DNA from: Hyphomicrobiales bacterium
GTDB lineage: Bacteria > Pseudomonadota > Alphaproteobacteria > Rhizobiales > Aestuariivirgaceae
Assembly (NCBI GenBank): GCA_025363755.1
Contig: JANYLQ010000050.1
Coordinates: forward strand, 70,351-134,350
Direction of reading: 5' to 3'
DNA: 64,000 nucleotides
This document shows, piece by piece, positions 1-10,321 of the stretch. The number at the start of each line of letters is the position of its first letter. Position 1 is the stretch's first letter. Below the pieces are notes generated by a model. The model was not told where the DNA came from. It searched no databases and was given only the letters and a program-made list of their open reading frames with translations. A program made the position numbers and the translations under genes.

Positions 1-146
1 CTCACGCAAACGATTGCCCGAAAGTGTAGGCAGCAGCGCATCTAGCCTAGCCTCCACAGCCTTCGCATCCGCCGCCAAAACATCTTCAAAAACCCGGTAA
101 GGCAGTGCTGCCAAAGCTTAATTCCTCATGCTATAGATTCTCTGTA

Positions 147-896
147 ATGATATCCCAGACGAAACTCAACTATATGCCACCGAATGTCCGAGCACGCCTA
201 AAAGGCTTTTGGAGCAGGCGTTCGCGTTGGCAGCGTTGGGTCTTAGGGATTGTTGGCTGCATCATCGCTTGGCCGATTCTGATGACGTTGGTTTACGGTG
301 TTCTGCCGCCACCCGTCTCAAACCTTATGCTCAGCCGTCTCATTTCGGGAAATGGCATTCATAAGCAGTGGATGAATTTGGATCAAATGTCGCCGAATCT
401 CGCCCGCGCCGTGGTGAGCAGTGAAGATGCTCGCTTCTGTGGCCACAACGGCGTTGACTGGGTAGAATTTCAGGATGCTTTTGGAGCAACCTTTGAAGAC
501 GGTGAGGCCCCATCAAGAGGGGCCAGCACCATTTCAATGCAAACCGCCAAAAACATGTTCCTGTGGGATGGGCGCGGAAGCGGCATTCGCAAAGTGTTCG
601 AAATTCCAACAGCATATTGGATGGATTTCATTTGGACTAAGCACCGCATGCTGGAAGTCTATCTCAACATTGTCGAATGGGCGCCGGGCATCTATGGCGC
701 TGAGGCCGCCTCGCAATATCATTTCAAAAAATCGGCCAGCCAGTTAACCAAGCGCGAAGCGGCGTTGCTGGCTGCCGTCTTGCCCAACCCGATCAAGCGC
801 AATGCTGGTAAACCCTCTCGCGGGGTGAAAATTGTGGCCAATAGCATCCAAGGCCGCATGAATGATATTGACGCCTATCTGACTTGTATCCACTAA
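147..896 (+). CDS. mtgA: monofunctional biosynthetic peptidoglycan transglycosylase
   Basis: ORF 105..896, with the ATG at 147 preferred as start. GT51 motifs EDARFCGHNGVDW and RGASTISMQTAKN. Single N-terminal TM helix. About 250 aa and no transpeptidase domain. Confidence 0.85.
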   Translation: MISQTKLNYMPPNVRARLKGFWSRRSRWQRWVLGIVGCIIAWPILMTLVYGVLPPPVSNLMLSRLISGNGIHKQWMNLDQMSPNLARAVVSSEDARFCGHNGVDWVEFQDAFGATFEDGEAPSRGASTISMQTAKNMFLWDGRGSGIRKVFEIPTAYWMDFIWTKHRMLEVYLNIVEWAPGIYGAEAASQYHFKKSASQLTKREAALLAAVLPNPIKRNAGKPSRGVKIVANSIQGRMNDIDAYLTCIH

Positions 897-980
897 AGCC
901 TTCGGCTATAAGCCCGCCAACAGATGTTGGTCTAACGGCCATTGTTTACAAAGAATCATTATATATCAGAGGGTTAAATT

Positions 981-1166
981 ATGGCCGTTCCACGGAAAAA
1001 AATGTCTCGCAGCCGCATTGGCATGCGCCGCTCAGGTCAAAAAATGCAGACCGTAACTTGGATTGAGGACAAGAAGTCAGGCGAACTCCGTCGTCCACAC
1101 CACCTTGATTTGAAGACTGGCATGTATCGTGGCCGTCAGGTTATGGATATTAAGGCTGAAGTTTAA
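981..1166 (+). CDS. rpmF: 50S ribosomal protein L32
   Basis: 61 aa, [18 protein letters not shown]... is the typical L32 N-terminus. GAGGG-type SD lies a few nt upstream. Confidence 0.95.
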   Translation: MAVPRKKMSRSRIGMRRSGQKMQTVTWIEDKKSGELRRPHHLDLKTGMYRGRQVMDIKAEV

Positions 1167-1186
1167 GCCTTTATTTACGAGATTTT

Positions 1187-1219
1187 CAAAAAGGCTCCAG
1201 TTTCTGGGGCCTTTTTTTA
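1187..1219 (+). terminator. rho-independent terminator after rpmF
   Basis: 7-bp stem (aggctcc / ggggcct with one G-U), 7-nt loop, then a run of 7 T. Confidence 0.7.
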
Positions 1220-1262
1220 TTGCCTTGCATGTATTTGGCCGTTGAATTGCAAGTTGGGGTGC

Positions 1263-2363
1263 ATGTTGGCTGGACGGTGGCAAGACTTTAAAGTTTTAAG
1301 CTTAAGCGCAGATGCGGCGCATTCCCTTGCGGCTGATTGGAATCACCTCAGCGCCAGTGCCATTCAATCTGCTGGTTGCAATGCGCCGGAACTTATTCTT
1401 CCACTGTTGAAGCACGTTGGCGGAGCGAATTTGCAGACCGTGAGCCATGGCCCAGATTTGCTGATGGCATTTCCAACTTCATCAAAGCGGTTGTTCTTAA
1501 AAACTTGGGAAACACCACTCACCAGTTGCGGCTTACCTCACCTTAATTCAGAACTCGGCGCCAGCGTGATGCTCGCATTTATAAATGCTCAGGCTAAACC
1601 GGTTTTGTTCGATGCCATACCATCGCAAGGGGCTTTAATTGAAACACTAAAAAAACAAGCGGCCAATTTTCAAATTGTTCAAATATGGCGGCGTGCAGCG
1701 TTAAAGCCCACTGGCAGTTTTGACGATTGGTTACAAACAAACTTCGATCAAAAACGCCGCAAAGAGTTTAAGCGCGTGCGCAATCGCCTCAGCGAGCAGG
1801 GCGACATGACAACCGATATTCTGCACCAAGGCCAAGACGCCAGGAAATTCGTTGATGATTTGTTGGCGCTTGAAGCCAAAGGCTGGAAGGGCGGTCGTGG
1901 AACCGCAATTGCTGCAAACCCTAAACTCAAATTGGCATTTGTAGAAGCTTGCGCAAATCTACACCGCGCTAAAAAACTCCGCTTCTGGAGTTTGAACTTA
2001 AACGGCAAGGCCATTGCATCACTCTATGCTATCGTAGAAGGCGATCAGGCTTGGCTCGGTAAAATTGCTTATGATGAGGCCTTTGCGAAATATTCGCCGG
2101 GTGTTCAAATCATTCTCGATTCGACTGAGGCACTTTTTTCTGAAACGCAGATCAAGCAAATCGACTCAAGTGCTATTCCAAATCATCCGATGATCGACCG
2201 CATCTGGCGCGACAGAGTAGAGATGGTCAATGTGTTCGTTGCTCCGTCTTCAATATCGAAACTGAAATTCCACACCATCGTCAAGCTTGAACAACAGCGC
2301 ATTCATTGGCGTGGGCTCGCCCGCGACTTATATTACAAACTTAAGGGACAGCACAGATCATGA
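1263..2363 (+). CDS. GNAT-fold acyltransferase, CelD/BioF2-like family (substrate unknown)
   Basis: ORF 1242..2363 (TTG), first ATG at 1263. The C-terminal half (KRRKEFKRVRNRL ... LEAKGWKG ... FWSLNLNGKAIA) resembles the CelD-like GNAT family from memory. Confidence 0.5.
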   Translation: MLAGRWQDFKVLSLSADAAHSLAADWNHLSASAIQSAGCNAPELILPLLKHVGGANLQTVSHGPDLLMAFPTSSKRLFLKTWETPLTSCGLPHLNSELGASVMLAFINAQAKPVLFDAIPSQGALIETLKKQAANFQIVQIWRRAALKPTGSFDDWLQTNFDQKRRKEFKRVRNRLSEQGDMTTDILHQGQDARKFVDDLLALEAKGWKGGRGTAIAANPKLKLAFVEACANLHRAKKLRFWSLNLNGKAIASLYAIVEGDQAWLGKIAYDEAFAKYSPGVQIILDSTEALFSETQIKQIDSSAIPNHPMIDRIWRDRVEMVNVFVAPSSISKLKFHTIVKLEQQRIHWRGLARDLYYKLKGQHRS

Positions 2364-3277
2364 GCGTCGTCATTGTCGATCAAAAAATTGCCCGCGAAAA
2401 CTTTCTGAAAAAGCCGTTTCGTTTGAAACACACGCTGGCGAACAATCCGCTGTTTACGCTATCGCGCTTAGTTGATTTGGCTAAATCCTTGCCGAGTGAT
2501 GCCATCGAATATAATTCCGGCAAAGTTGCCATAGGTGCGAGGCCTGAGGATGTGCCGAAAATTGATCGATCGGCTGAAGACGTCATCAAATCCATCGAAA
2601 CTGATAATGCCTGGATGGTGATTAAGCACGTCGAAAATAAACCAGAATATCGCGCTTTACTTGAGCAGTTTGTAACCGAAGCGAACATTGCCGCAGGCCG
2701 CAAGCCGTCAGATTTTTCGGACATTGAAGGTTTCATTTTCGTTTCGTCTGCTAAAGCCACCACACCCTTCCATAATGACGCTGAAGAAAACATTCTGATT
2801 CAAATCAAGGGTGATAAATTCGTTAGCACCTTCGATAATGATGATCGCGCACTTCTTTCAGAAGAAGATTTGGAAATCTCGCCTAGCCGTCACCGTAACC
2901 GCAACTATGAAACTTGGTTCGAAGAACGCGCTACGCTGCATACGCTCAAACCCGGAGATGCCGTTCACATGCCCTATATGATTCCGCATTGGGTGAGCAC
3001 TGGCAACACCTATTCAATTTCCATGGCCATGACATGGAAAACACCGGAGGTTCTGCGCCTCAATAAAATTCGCCTGATGAACGGCACCCTGCGCCGTTTT
3101 GGCATGCCACAGCGCGGCCCCGGTGTTTCACCGACTATGGACGCCGCCAAGGTATTAGCACATGATGCAGTGCGATTGGTGATTGATCCTTTACGCAAAA
3201 CAGAAACAGCCCGGCGTGTTCTGCGCGGGCTGATCTATGGCAAGAACGCCAACTACTATTTGAAGACGAAACCTTAG
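2360..3277 (+). CDS. cupin-fold protein, JmjC/Fe(II)-2OG oxygenase-like
   Basis: ATGA start/stop overlap with the upstream GNAT gene. Candidate facial triad HxD (FHNDAE) plus a distal His (HMPYMIPHW). Confidence 0.5.
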   Translation: MSVVIVDQKIARENFLKKPFRLKHTLANNPLFTLSRLVDLAKSLPSDAIEYNSGKVAIGARPEDVPKIDRSAEDVIKSIETDNAWMVIKHVENKPEYRALLEQFVTEANIAAGRKPSDFSDIEGFIFVSSAKATTPFHNDAEENILIQIKGDKFVSTFDNDDRALLSEEDLEISPSRHRNRNYETWFEERATLHTLKPGDAVHMPYMIPHWVSTGNTYSISMAMTWKTPEVLRLNKIRLMNGTLRRFGMPQRGPGVSPTMDAAKVLAHDAVRLVIDPLRKTETARRVLRGLIYGKNANYYLKTKP

Positions 3278-4389
3278 ACGATTGCGCTCTCTGCTGACTT
3301 GTAAGTATAACCCAAATCATCAGCCACAGCTTTGTAAGTCACATGGCCCGCAGCAACGTTGAGGCCATTACGCAGATGCACGTCATCAGCCAACGCCTTC
3401 TTCCAACCCTTATTGGCAATTGCCATTGCAAACGGAAGTGTGACGTTGTTGAGCGCAAATGTTGATGTACGCGCCACACCACCGGGCATATTGGCCACAC
3501 AATAATGGATCACGTTACCCACAACATAAGTAGGTTCTGCATGCGTTGTGGCATGCGAAGTTTCAGCACAACCACCTTGGTCAATCGCCACATCTACAAA
3601 CACTGAGCCAGGTTTCCAATCCTTCAGCATGGCTTTGGTCACCAGCTTTGGCGCAGCCGCACCCGGAATAAGCACGCCGCCAATCACCAGATCAGCAGCG
3701 GCACATTCATCTTCAATAGCGCCCTGCGTTGAGTAGAGTGTTTTGACACCTAACCCAAACCGCGCAACGAGTTCTTCCATGCGGTCTGTGCTGCGCTCAA
3801 TGATGGTTACATCAGCGCCCATGCCAAGTGCGATGACGGCAGCATTCGTGCCCACAACGCCACCACCAAGAATCACCACTTTCGCCGAAGCAACGCCGGG
3901 CACTCCGCCAAGCAACATACCGCGCCCGCCTTGTGCTTTCTCCAAACAATGTGCCCCAGACTGAACCGACATGCGGCCAGCAACTTGACTCATCGGTGCC
4001 AACAAAGGCAAACCACCGCGCGCGTTAGTCACAGTTTCATACGCAATGCAAATTGCACCCGACTTCACCAAATCCTTCGTCTGCTCAGGATCTGGAGCCA
4101 AGTGCAAATAAGTATACAAAATTTGCCCCTCACGCAGCATAGCGCGTTCATTGGCCTGAGGCTCTTTCACCTTCACAATCATATCAGCTTTGGCAAAAAT
4201 TTCTGGCGCATCAGCAACCATCTTGGCACCTGCAGCCACATAATCTGCATCGCTCGACCCTATGCCCAGCCCAGCACCGTTTTGTACTAAGACCTGATGG
4301 CCATTGCGCACAGCTTCGCGCACCGACGTCGGCGTGAAGCCAACGCGGTATTCGTGGTTCTTAATTTCTTTTGGCACGCCGATCAGCAT
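3274..4389 (-). CDS. ald: alanine dehydrogenase
   Basis: 371 aa. [18 protein letters not shown]-terminus, GGGVVG NAD-binding loop, full-length Ald architecture. Confidence 0.92.
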   Translation of the reverse strand: MLIGVPKEIKNHEYRVGFTPTSVREAVRNGHQVLVQNGAGLGIGSSDADYVAAGAKMVADAPEIFAKADMIVKVKEPQANERAMLREGQILYTYLHLAPDPEQTKDLVKSGAICIAYETVTNARGGLPLLAPMSQVAGRMSVQSGAHCLEKAQGGRGMLLGGVPGVASAKVVILGGGVVGTNAAVIALGMGADVTIIERSTDRMEELVARFGLGVKTLYSTQGAIEDECAAADLVIGGVLIPGAAAPKLVTKAMLKDWKPGSVFVDVAIDQGGCAETSHATTHAEPTYVVGNVIHYCVANMPGGVARTSTFALNNVTLPFAMAIANKGWKKALADDVHLRNGLNVAAGHVTYKAVADDLGYTYKSAESAIV

Positions 4390-4511
4390 TTTGTGTTTCC
4401 CTTTATTCTGAGCTACCAGAATAACCCAAGCCGTCTGAAATTAGTTCCCATTCCTTGACCTTTTGATTACACAAACTGGACAAAAATTCTAAGATATGAG
4501 AGCATAGTAGA

Positions 4512-4982
4512 ATGAAAAACCACGAAATTGACAAGATCGACAAAATTATCCTCATTGAGCTGCAACGCAAGGCTATCTTGCCAATCGCTGAATTGGCCGA
4601 ACGCGCAGGCCTTTCTCCTTCATCATGCCACCGCCGCGTGAAGCTTTTGGAACAAGCGGGCATAATCACCGGCTACACGGCAACACTGGACGGCAAACAA
4701 CTCGGTCTCGCTAATGAATTCTTCGTCGAAGTCTCGCTTGCAGCCCAAACCGAAGAGGCATTCGAAAAATTTGAGAAAGCAGTGCAGCGCGTTCCCGAAA
4801 TTTTAGAATGTCATTTGATGAGCGGACAATTCGATTATCTTCTACGCGTCGCTGCAGCCGATGCGACTGATTACGAACGCATCCACCGTACCAAACTCTC
4901 GCGTCTGCCTGGCTTGCAACGCTTGCAATCATCTCTCGCGCTAAGAGCCGTTAAAGCTTGGGGAGGCTACCCCGTGGTTTGA
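4512..4982 (+). CDS. Lrp/AsnC family transcriptional regulator
   Basis: 156 aa, N-terminal HTH (IAELAERAGLSPSSCHRRVKLLEQAGII) plus RAM domain. Divergent from ald, a classic ald-regulator arrangement. Confidence 0.9.
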   Translation: MKNHEIDKIDKIILIELQRKAILPIAELAERAGLSPSSCHRRVKLLEQAGIITGYTATLDGKQLGLANEFFVEVSLAAQTEEAFEKFEKAVQRVPEILECHLMSGQFDYLLRVAAADATDYERIHRTKLSRLPGLQRLQSSLALRAVKAWGGYPVV

Positions 4983-5899
4983 CGACCCATCACATGGTCG
5001 CGCCACAGCATAAACAGGCCCGCACTGACCACAATGGCTGCACCTACCAAAGTCCAGAAATCTGGAAAGTCGTGGAAGAACAAAACACCATAAAGCACCG
5101 CCCAAATCATCGCCGAATATTCAAATGGAGCAACAAAATTTGCAGGCGCTGAGCGGTAAGCATTTACATAAGCCATCATGGAAACCGCCGCGAGAAACCC
5201 CATCGAAAGTAAAACCGCATAGTGACCGGTTTCCGGCCAACTTGGTGGGCGCGTTAAGAACGCTAGTGTTTTACTACCTTCACTCGCAAGACCAAAAACC
5301 GAAACCACGAGGCCCATTAAAACAGCGACTGCCAAATAAATCAAATTCTGCCAATTGCCGATCACCAACGTATCTATTTTCTGCGAAAGCGAACGTCCCA
5401 TCATTTGCCCAACGGCATAAGCAAAGGCCGAATAGAGCGCTAAGAGCGATGCGGGCTGAAAGCTGCCCGTCGCTGGCCGAACCATAACCAATACGCCGAT
5501 GAAGCCCGCAATAATTGCAATCCACCGATGCAACGGAACGCGTTCCCCCAACCCCCATCCAGATAGAGCGGCAACAAACAATGGCAACGTGAAATAGATC
5601 GAAACAGTATTGGCCATCGCTAAAGACGAAAGTGATAAAATATAAGCAAAGTAAGCCGAAGCCAAAATCAAACTGCGCAATAGAATACGTGGAAAATAGG
5701 GTGTTGCAAGGGTCGGCAGCCCACCCTTCATCGCCAACCAAATACCTAAGATAGGCACTGATGTGACACAGCGAAACATCACCATTTCATAAGCGGGATA
5801 AACACCCGAAACTGATTTGACGATCATATCCTGTGTTGATGCCATCAATACTGCAAGCATGACCAAGCCTATGGCCTGGAGTTTATTATCCGTGCTCAT
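4967..5899 (-). CDS. EamA/DMT-family permease
   Basis: 310 aa, about 10 hydrophobic segments in two EamA-like halves. ATGA overlap with the upstream MocR gene. Confidence 0.85.
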   Translation of the reverse strand: MSTDNKLQAIGLVMLAVLMASTQDMIVKSVSGVYPAYEMVMFRCVTSVPILGIWLAMKGGLPTLATPYFPRILLRSLILASAYFAYILSLSSLAMANTVSIYFTLPLFVAALSGWGLGERVPLHRWIAIIAGFIGVLVMVRPATGSFQPASLLALYSAFAYAVGQMMGRSLSQKIDTLVIGNWQNLIYLAVAVLMGLVVSVFGLASEGSKTLAFLTRPPSWPETGHYAVLLSMGFLAAVSMMAYVNAYRSAPANFVAPFEYSAMIWAVLYGVLFFHDFPDFWTLVGAAIVVSAGLFMLWRDHVMGRQTTG

Positions 5900-7383
5900 G
5901 GGAGTGATTTAATCGTTTCGGCAAGTAGCTTAACGCCCGGCTCAATTTTCTTTTCATCAATCGAAGAAAACGCCAAACGAAAGTAGTTTTTAGGTTGTTG
6001 CGCGGCGCCAAAATTGACGCGCCCTGGTTCAATCAAAATACTTTTTTCCGCCGCCGCCTTTGTCAAAATCTCGCTATCTAACTTCGCCCCGCCCTTCACC
6101 CAAAAACTGGTGCCACCAAATGAAGGAATCCGCGTTGAGCTCGGAAAATGCGATTCAAGTGCCGCCCCCATAATCTCCCAGCGCGTCCGATAAGCCTTAT
6201 GCAAACGCCTGATCAGAGTGTCATGATGGCCTAGCGATAAAAACAAAGCTACAGTGCGTTGATTGTTGCTCGGCGCATGTCGCACCATCAATCGCCGCAG
6301 CGCGCGGGCTTCAGCAATCAATGCCTTTGGCCCAACCATAAAGCCAATGCGAAGCCCCGGAAACAATGTCTTCGAAAGCGATCCCACATAAACCACGCGC
6401 CCTTCATCATCGAGAGATTTGAGAGCAGGGCAGGGCTCGTTTACATAGTTGGTTTCAAATTCATAATCATCCTCAATGATGATGAAATCTTTTTCCGATG
6501 CTTTTTTCAAAAGCGCCATGCGCCGTTCCAGCGGCATCGTAACAGTAGTCGGAAATTGATGGCTTGGTGTGGTGAACACAACATCAGCATCATCAAGCTG
6601 CGGACCAATAACAAGGCCCTTCTCATCAAGCGGCACTAGCTTCACCTTATCAGTCGCCAGTTTGAACATGTTGCGCATATCCGGATAGCCGGGTTCTTCC
6701 ATCGCCACGGTGGTGTTGCGATCCACCAAAAGACTCGTCAACAGAAACAAAGAATTCTGCGCGCCCAGCGTCACCAAAATCTCGTCATCTGCCGCCATAA
6801 TGCCGCGCCGTGGCAAAATGCGGCGGCGGATTTGTTCGACAAGCAGCGGATCGTCGTTGGACCAAGTATCATTGGTCCATGCCCCAAACCATTTCTTGCC
6901 CAATGCCTGTCTGGTGCAATCGCGCCACTCGGCCAGCGGAAACAGCGTGTGGTCAACCTGCCCATAAATAAATGGATAATCGTAGTCTTGCCAGTCCAGC
7001 GGCTTTACTGAATTTTCTAAACTGTTGGGCCGCTGCTTCACAAGCGATCCCCAATCAAGTTCAGTAGATACTTTCGCAATTCCATTTCTGGCCGAACGGG
7101 GTTTTGCAACAGTGTCATCAATCGCTTTATCAGAAACGAAATAACCAGAACGTTCCTTAGCTAAAAGATAGCCATCGTCCAAAAGCCCTTGATACGCCAA
7201 CACCACAGTGTTGCGCGATACGCCAAGTGATTTCGCCATTTTGCGCGTCGAAGGAATGGGCTCAGACCTATCCAACTTGCGATCAAGAATAGCCGAGACC
7301 AAGGCCTCGCGAATTTGCGTCTGCAACGAAGCATATTCGCCCCGCTTAATATGAATAAGCCAATCGCGCATGTTTGGGTCCAA
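5896..7383 (-). CDS. MocR-subfamily GntR regulator with PLP aminotransferase-like effector domain
   Basis: N-terminal winged HTH (PSTRKMAKSLGVSRNTVVLAYQGL) and a C-terminal fold-type I domain with the SLSK lysine motif (YVGSLSKTLFPGLRIGF). Confidence 0.85.
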   Translation of the reverse strand: MDPNMRDWLIHIKRGEYASLQTQIREALVSAILDRKLDRSEPIPSTRKMAKSLGVSRNTVVLAYQGLLDDGYLLAKERSGYFVSDKAIDDTVAKPRSARNGIAKVSTELDWGSLVKQRPNSLENSVKPLDWQDYDYPFIYGQVDHTLFPLAEWRDCTRQALGKKWFGAWTNDTWSNDDPLLVEQIRRRILPRRGIMAADDEILVTLGAQNSLFLLTSLLVDRNTTVAMEEPGYPDMRNMFKLATDKVKLVPLDEKGLVIGPQLDDADVVFTTPSHQFPTTVTMPLERRMALLKKASEKDFIIIEDDYEFETNYVNEPCPALKSLDDEGRVVYVGSLSKTLFPGLRIGFMVGPKALIAEARALRRLMVRHAPSNNQRTVALFLSLGHHDTLIRRLHKAYRTRWEIMGAALESHFPSSTRIPSFGGTSFWVKGGAKLDSEILTKAAAEKSILIEPGRVNFGAAQQPKNYFRLAFSSIDEKKIEPGVKLLAETIKSLP

Positions 7384-7498
7384 TTTTCAGAATTGGCACC
7401 ACCATAGAGCCAGATTAAAAAATTGCCAAGAGCTGGCTCCACATGCCGCAAAAATATGGGCCATAGTGCGCTTTGAATTGTTTGGCTATCGTTACCCT

Positions 7499-10321
7499 AT
7501 GCGAGTCTTCCCCCAACCTCAAATCAACACATCGCCCAAAAACTGGGACGAAGTTAAAACCACAACCTGTTACATGTGCGCCTGCCGTTGCGGCATCAAA
7601 GTGTATCTGAAAGATGGCAAAGTCACATACATTGATGGCAACCGCAATCATCCCGTCAATAAGGGTGTGATCTGCGGCAAAGGCGCTGCTGGCATCAAGC
7701 AACACTATTCCCCGGCGCGGCTATCAAAGCCGCTGATCCGCGTAGGCGAACGTGGCTCCGGCGAATTCCGCGAAATCGAATGGGAAGAAGCGCTGCGAAC
7801 GGCAACACTTTGGCTCTCTGAAACCCGAAATACCAATCCAGCGAAATTGGCCTTCTTCACAGGCAGAGATCAATCCCAAGGCCTCACAGGTTGGTGGGCC
7901 TCGCAATTTGGCACGCCAAACTATGCGGCGCATGGCGGCTTTTGTTCAGTGAACATGGCAGCAGCTGGCCTTTATACTTACGGCGGTTCCTTCTGGGAAT
8001 TTGGCGAGCCGGATTGGAAACATACAAAATATTTTCTGCTCTTTGGCGTTGCTGAAGACCATGCTTCGAACCCGCTCAAAACAGGCCTCGGCAAACTCAA
8101 AGCCCGTGGTGCGAAAATCATTTCCATCAATCCTGTGAAGACAGGTTATTCGGCCATCGCCGATGAATGGGTGGGGATTACACCAGGCACCGACGGACTA
8201 TTTGCCGGAGCACTCATCTACTGCTTGCTCGAAGCACAAAAGATTGATGGCGAGTATCTGTCGCGTTACACAAATTCGCCGTGGCTGGTGATTGAAAATA
8301 AAGGTGGCGCAGATGATGGCCTGATCCTGCGCAATGCTGCGGGAACGCCGCTTGTGTGGGACCCCACAACCAATGCCACCAAAGTGGCCATGACCTTTGG
8401 CTCTGATCCATGTCTGCTGGGCCGCTTCACTTTGCCAGATGGCCGAAAAGTGGTGACATCTTTCACTCTGATCGCCGAGCGTTTCAGCAGTCCTGAGTAT
8501 TCACCAGAAACCGTCGCCGCCAAATGCGGAGTTGCCGCCGAAACCACAAGGCGCATCGCGTCGGAATTGGCTCACACTGCGTTCAATGAAGCCATTGAGC
8601 TTGATATTCCGTGGACGGATTATCTCGGTCGCCGCCATGAAAAAACCATTGGCCGCCCCATCGCAATGCACGCAATGCGCGGCATCAGCGCCCATTCCAA
8701 TGGCTTTCAGACTTGCCGAACTATTCATATTTTACAAATCATGTTGGGCACCATCGATGTGCCCGGCGGCACGCGCTATAAACCGCCATTCCCAAAATCC
8801 ATTCCACCCAACGTAAAGCCTGCGGGTAAATTGGGGCAGGTGAAACCCAACACGCCATTACCCGGCCCACCACTTGGCTTCGTCAACAGCCCCGAAGATT
8901 TGCTGGTTGATGAGCATGGAACCCCGCTACGCATCGACAAAGCCTATTCATGGGATGCGCCATTATCCGCTCATGGCATGATGCACATGGTCATCAACAA
9001 TGCGGCAAAGGGTGACCCCTATAATATCGACGTGCTGTTTATGTATATGGCCAATATGAGTTGGAATTCAGCCATGAACGTGCCCGACACGTTAAAGGCA
9101 CTTACAAGTAAGCGCATAGACGGCGAATACGTGATCCCGAAAATCATTTACTCCGATGCTTATGCGTCTGAGATGGTTCATTACGCCGATTTGATTTTGC
9201 CAGACACGACATATCTGGAGCGTTGGGATTGTATCTCAATGCTCGACCGCCCCATCTCCGAAGCCGATGGCCCCGCAGACTCAATCCGTCAACCCGTGGT
9301 GGAACCAGACCGCGATGTGCGACCCTTTCAAACCGTGTTGCTTGATTTGGGTGCAAGGCTTGGCCTGCCGGGCATGACCAATGCGGACAGCAATCCGCGC
9401 TATCCCGGTGGCTATCCCGATTATATTGTGAACCACGAACGCGCCCCAGGCCTTGGGCCGTTGGCAGGCTTTCGTGGAAAGGATGGAACGGCGGCGGGTA
9501 GGGGGCAAGTCAACCCCAATCAGCTCAAAGCCTATATCGATAACGGCTGCCACTGGTATCAAGAACTGCCAGACAACATGAAATATTATCGCCATGTCAA
9601 CTGGGACTATCTCGATTGGGCCACCTTCTTTGGCTTCCTGCCACGCCCTGATCCCATCATCCATCATGTCTATTCCGAAACGCTGCAAAAGTTTCGCCTG
9701 TCTGCGCGCGGCCACGGCAAAGTGCAGCCGCCGGCTGAACACAAAAAACGCATCGAAACATATTTCGACCCTATCCCATTTTGGTATCCGCCATTTGAAG
9801 GCACCATGGTGAGCGAAACCGAATTTCCCATGCACGCCATCACCCAGCGCCCCATGGCCATGTATCATTCATGGGGCTCGCAAAATTCCTGGCTCCGCCA
9901 AATTCTCGGCCGCAATTGGTTATACATTCATAAGAAACGCGCTGATAAACTTGGCATCAAAGAAGGCGATTGGGTGGATGTAATTTCGCATCACGGTCGC
10001 ATCAAAGGCCAAGCCAAATTATTGGACGGCCAGAATGAAGACACAGTCTGGACTTGGAACGCCATTGGTAAGCGCTCAGGAGCATGGGGTTTGTCGCCGG
10101 ACTCACCCGAATCCAAAAAAGGATTCCTACTCAACCACTTAATCAGCGATCTTCTTCCAGAACGTGAAGGAGGATATCGCTATTCAAACAGCGATCCGAT
10201 TACGGGGCAGGCGGCGTGGTATGATTTGCGCGTGCGCGTTGAGAAGAGCGCTGACCAAAAAAATGAATCTTGGCCGCAGTTCTCTAAATTGAAGTCACTC
10301 AAAAAGGCCTTCGCCAAATGA
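7499..10321 (+). CDS. soeA: bis-MGD molybdopterin oxidoreductase catalytic subunit without Tat signal. SoeA-like sulfite dehydrogenase (quinone) candidate.
   Basis: ORF 7370..10321, with the start set at ATG 7499 (MRVFPQPQ...). N-terminal CxxCxxxC FeS motif (CYMCACRCG). About 940 aa and no twin-arginine leader. The class call is firm. The Soe assignment rests on the three-subunit cytoplasmic architecture. Confidence 0.6.
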   Translation: MRVFPQPQINTSPKNWDEVKTTTCYMCACRCGIKVYLKDGKVTYIDGNRNHPVNKGVICGKGAAGIKQHYSPARLSKPLIRVGERGSGEFREIEWEEALRTATLWLSETRNTNPAKLAFFTGRDQSQGLTGWWASQFGTPNYAAHGGFCSVNMAAAGLYTYGGSFWEFGEPDWKHTKYFLLFGVAEDHASNPLKTGLGKLKARGAKIISINPVKTGYSAIADEWVGITPGTDGLFAGALIYCLLEAQKIDGEYLSRYTNSPWLVIENKGGADDGLILRNAAGTPLVWDPTTNATKVAMTFGSDPCLLGRFTLPDGRKVVTSFTLIAERFSSPEYSPETVAAKCGVAAETTRRIASELAHTAFNEAIELDIPWTDYLGRRHEKTIGRPIAMHAMRGISAHSNGFQTCRTIHILQIMLGTIDVPGGTRYKPPFPKSIPPNVKPAGKLGQVKPNTPLPGPPLGFVNSPEDLLVDEHGTPLRIDKAYSWDAPLSAHGMMHMVINNAAKGDPYNIDVLFMYMANMSWNSAMNVPDTLKALTSKRIDGEYVIPKIIYSDAYASEMVHYADLILPDTTYLERWDCISMLDRPISEADGPADSIRQPVVEPDRDVRPFQTVLLDLGARLGLPGMTNADSNPRYPGGYPDYIVNHERAPGLGPLAGFRGKDGTAAGRGQVNPNQLKAYIDNGCHWYQELPDNMKYYRHVNWDYLDWATFFGFLPRPDPIIHHVYSETLQKFRLSARGHGKVQPPAEHKKRIETYFDPIPFWYPPFEGTMVSETEFPMHAITQRPMAMYHSWGSQNSWLRQILGRNWLYIHKKRADKLGIKEGDWVDVISHHGRIKGQAKLLDGQNEDTVWTWNAIGKRSGAWGLSPDSPESKKGFLLNHLISDLLPEREGGYRYSNSDPITGQAAWYDLRVRVEKSADQKNESWPQFSKLKSLKKAFAK

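Noticed and set aside
1-114. Open minus-strand frame running off the left edge (TTG...AALPYRVFEDVLAADAKAVEARLDALLPTLSGNRLRE). It could be the N-terminus of a polyprenyl synthase-type gene divergent from mtgA.
   Set aside because: Only about 38 codons are visible, there is no diagnostic motif, and the start is a weak TTG. Too little evidence to call a feature.
7370-7498. N-terminal 43-codon extension of the Mo-oxidoreductase ORF.
   Set aside because: The extension overlaps the divergent MocR start and the intergenic boxes and has odd composition (HHHRARLKNC). ATG 7499 places the conserved Cys motif at the usual distance from the N-terminus.
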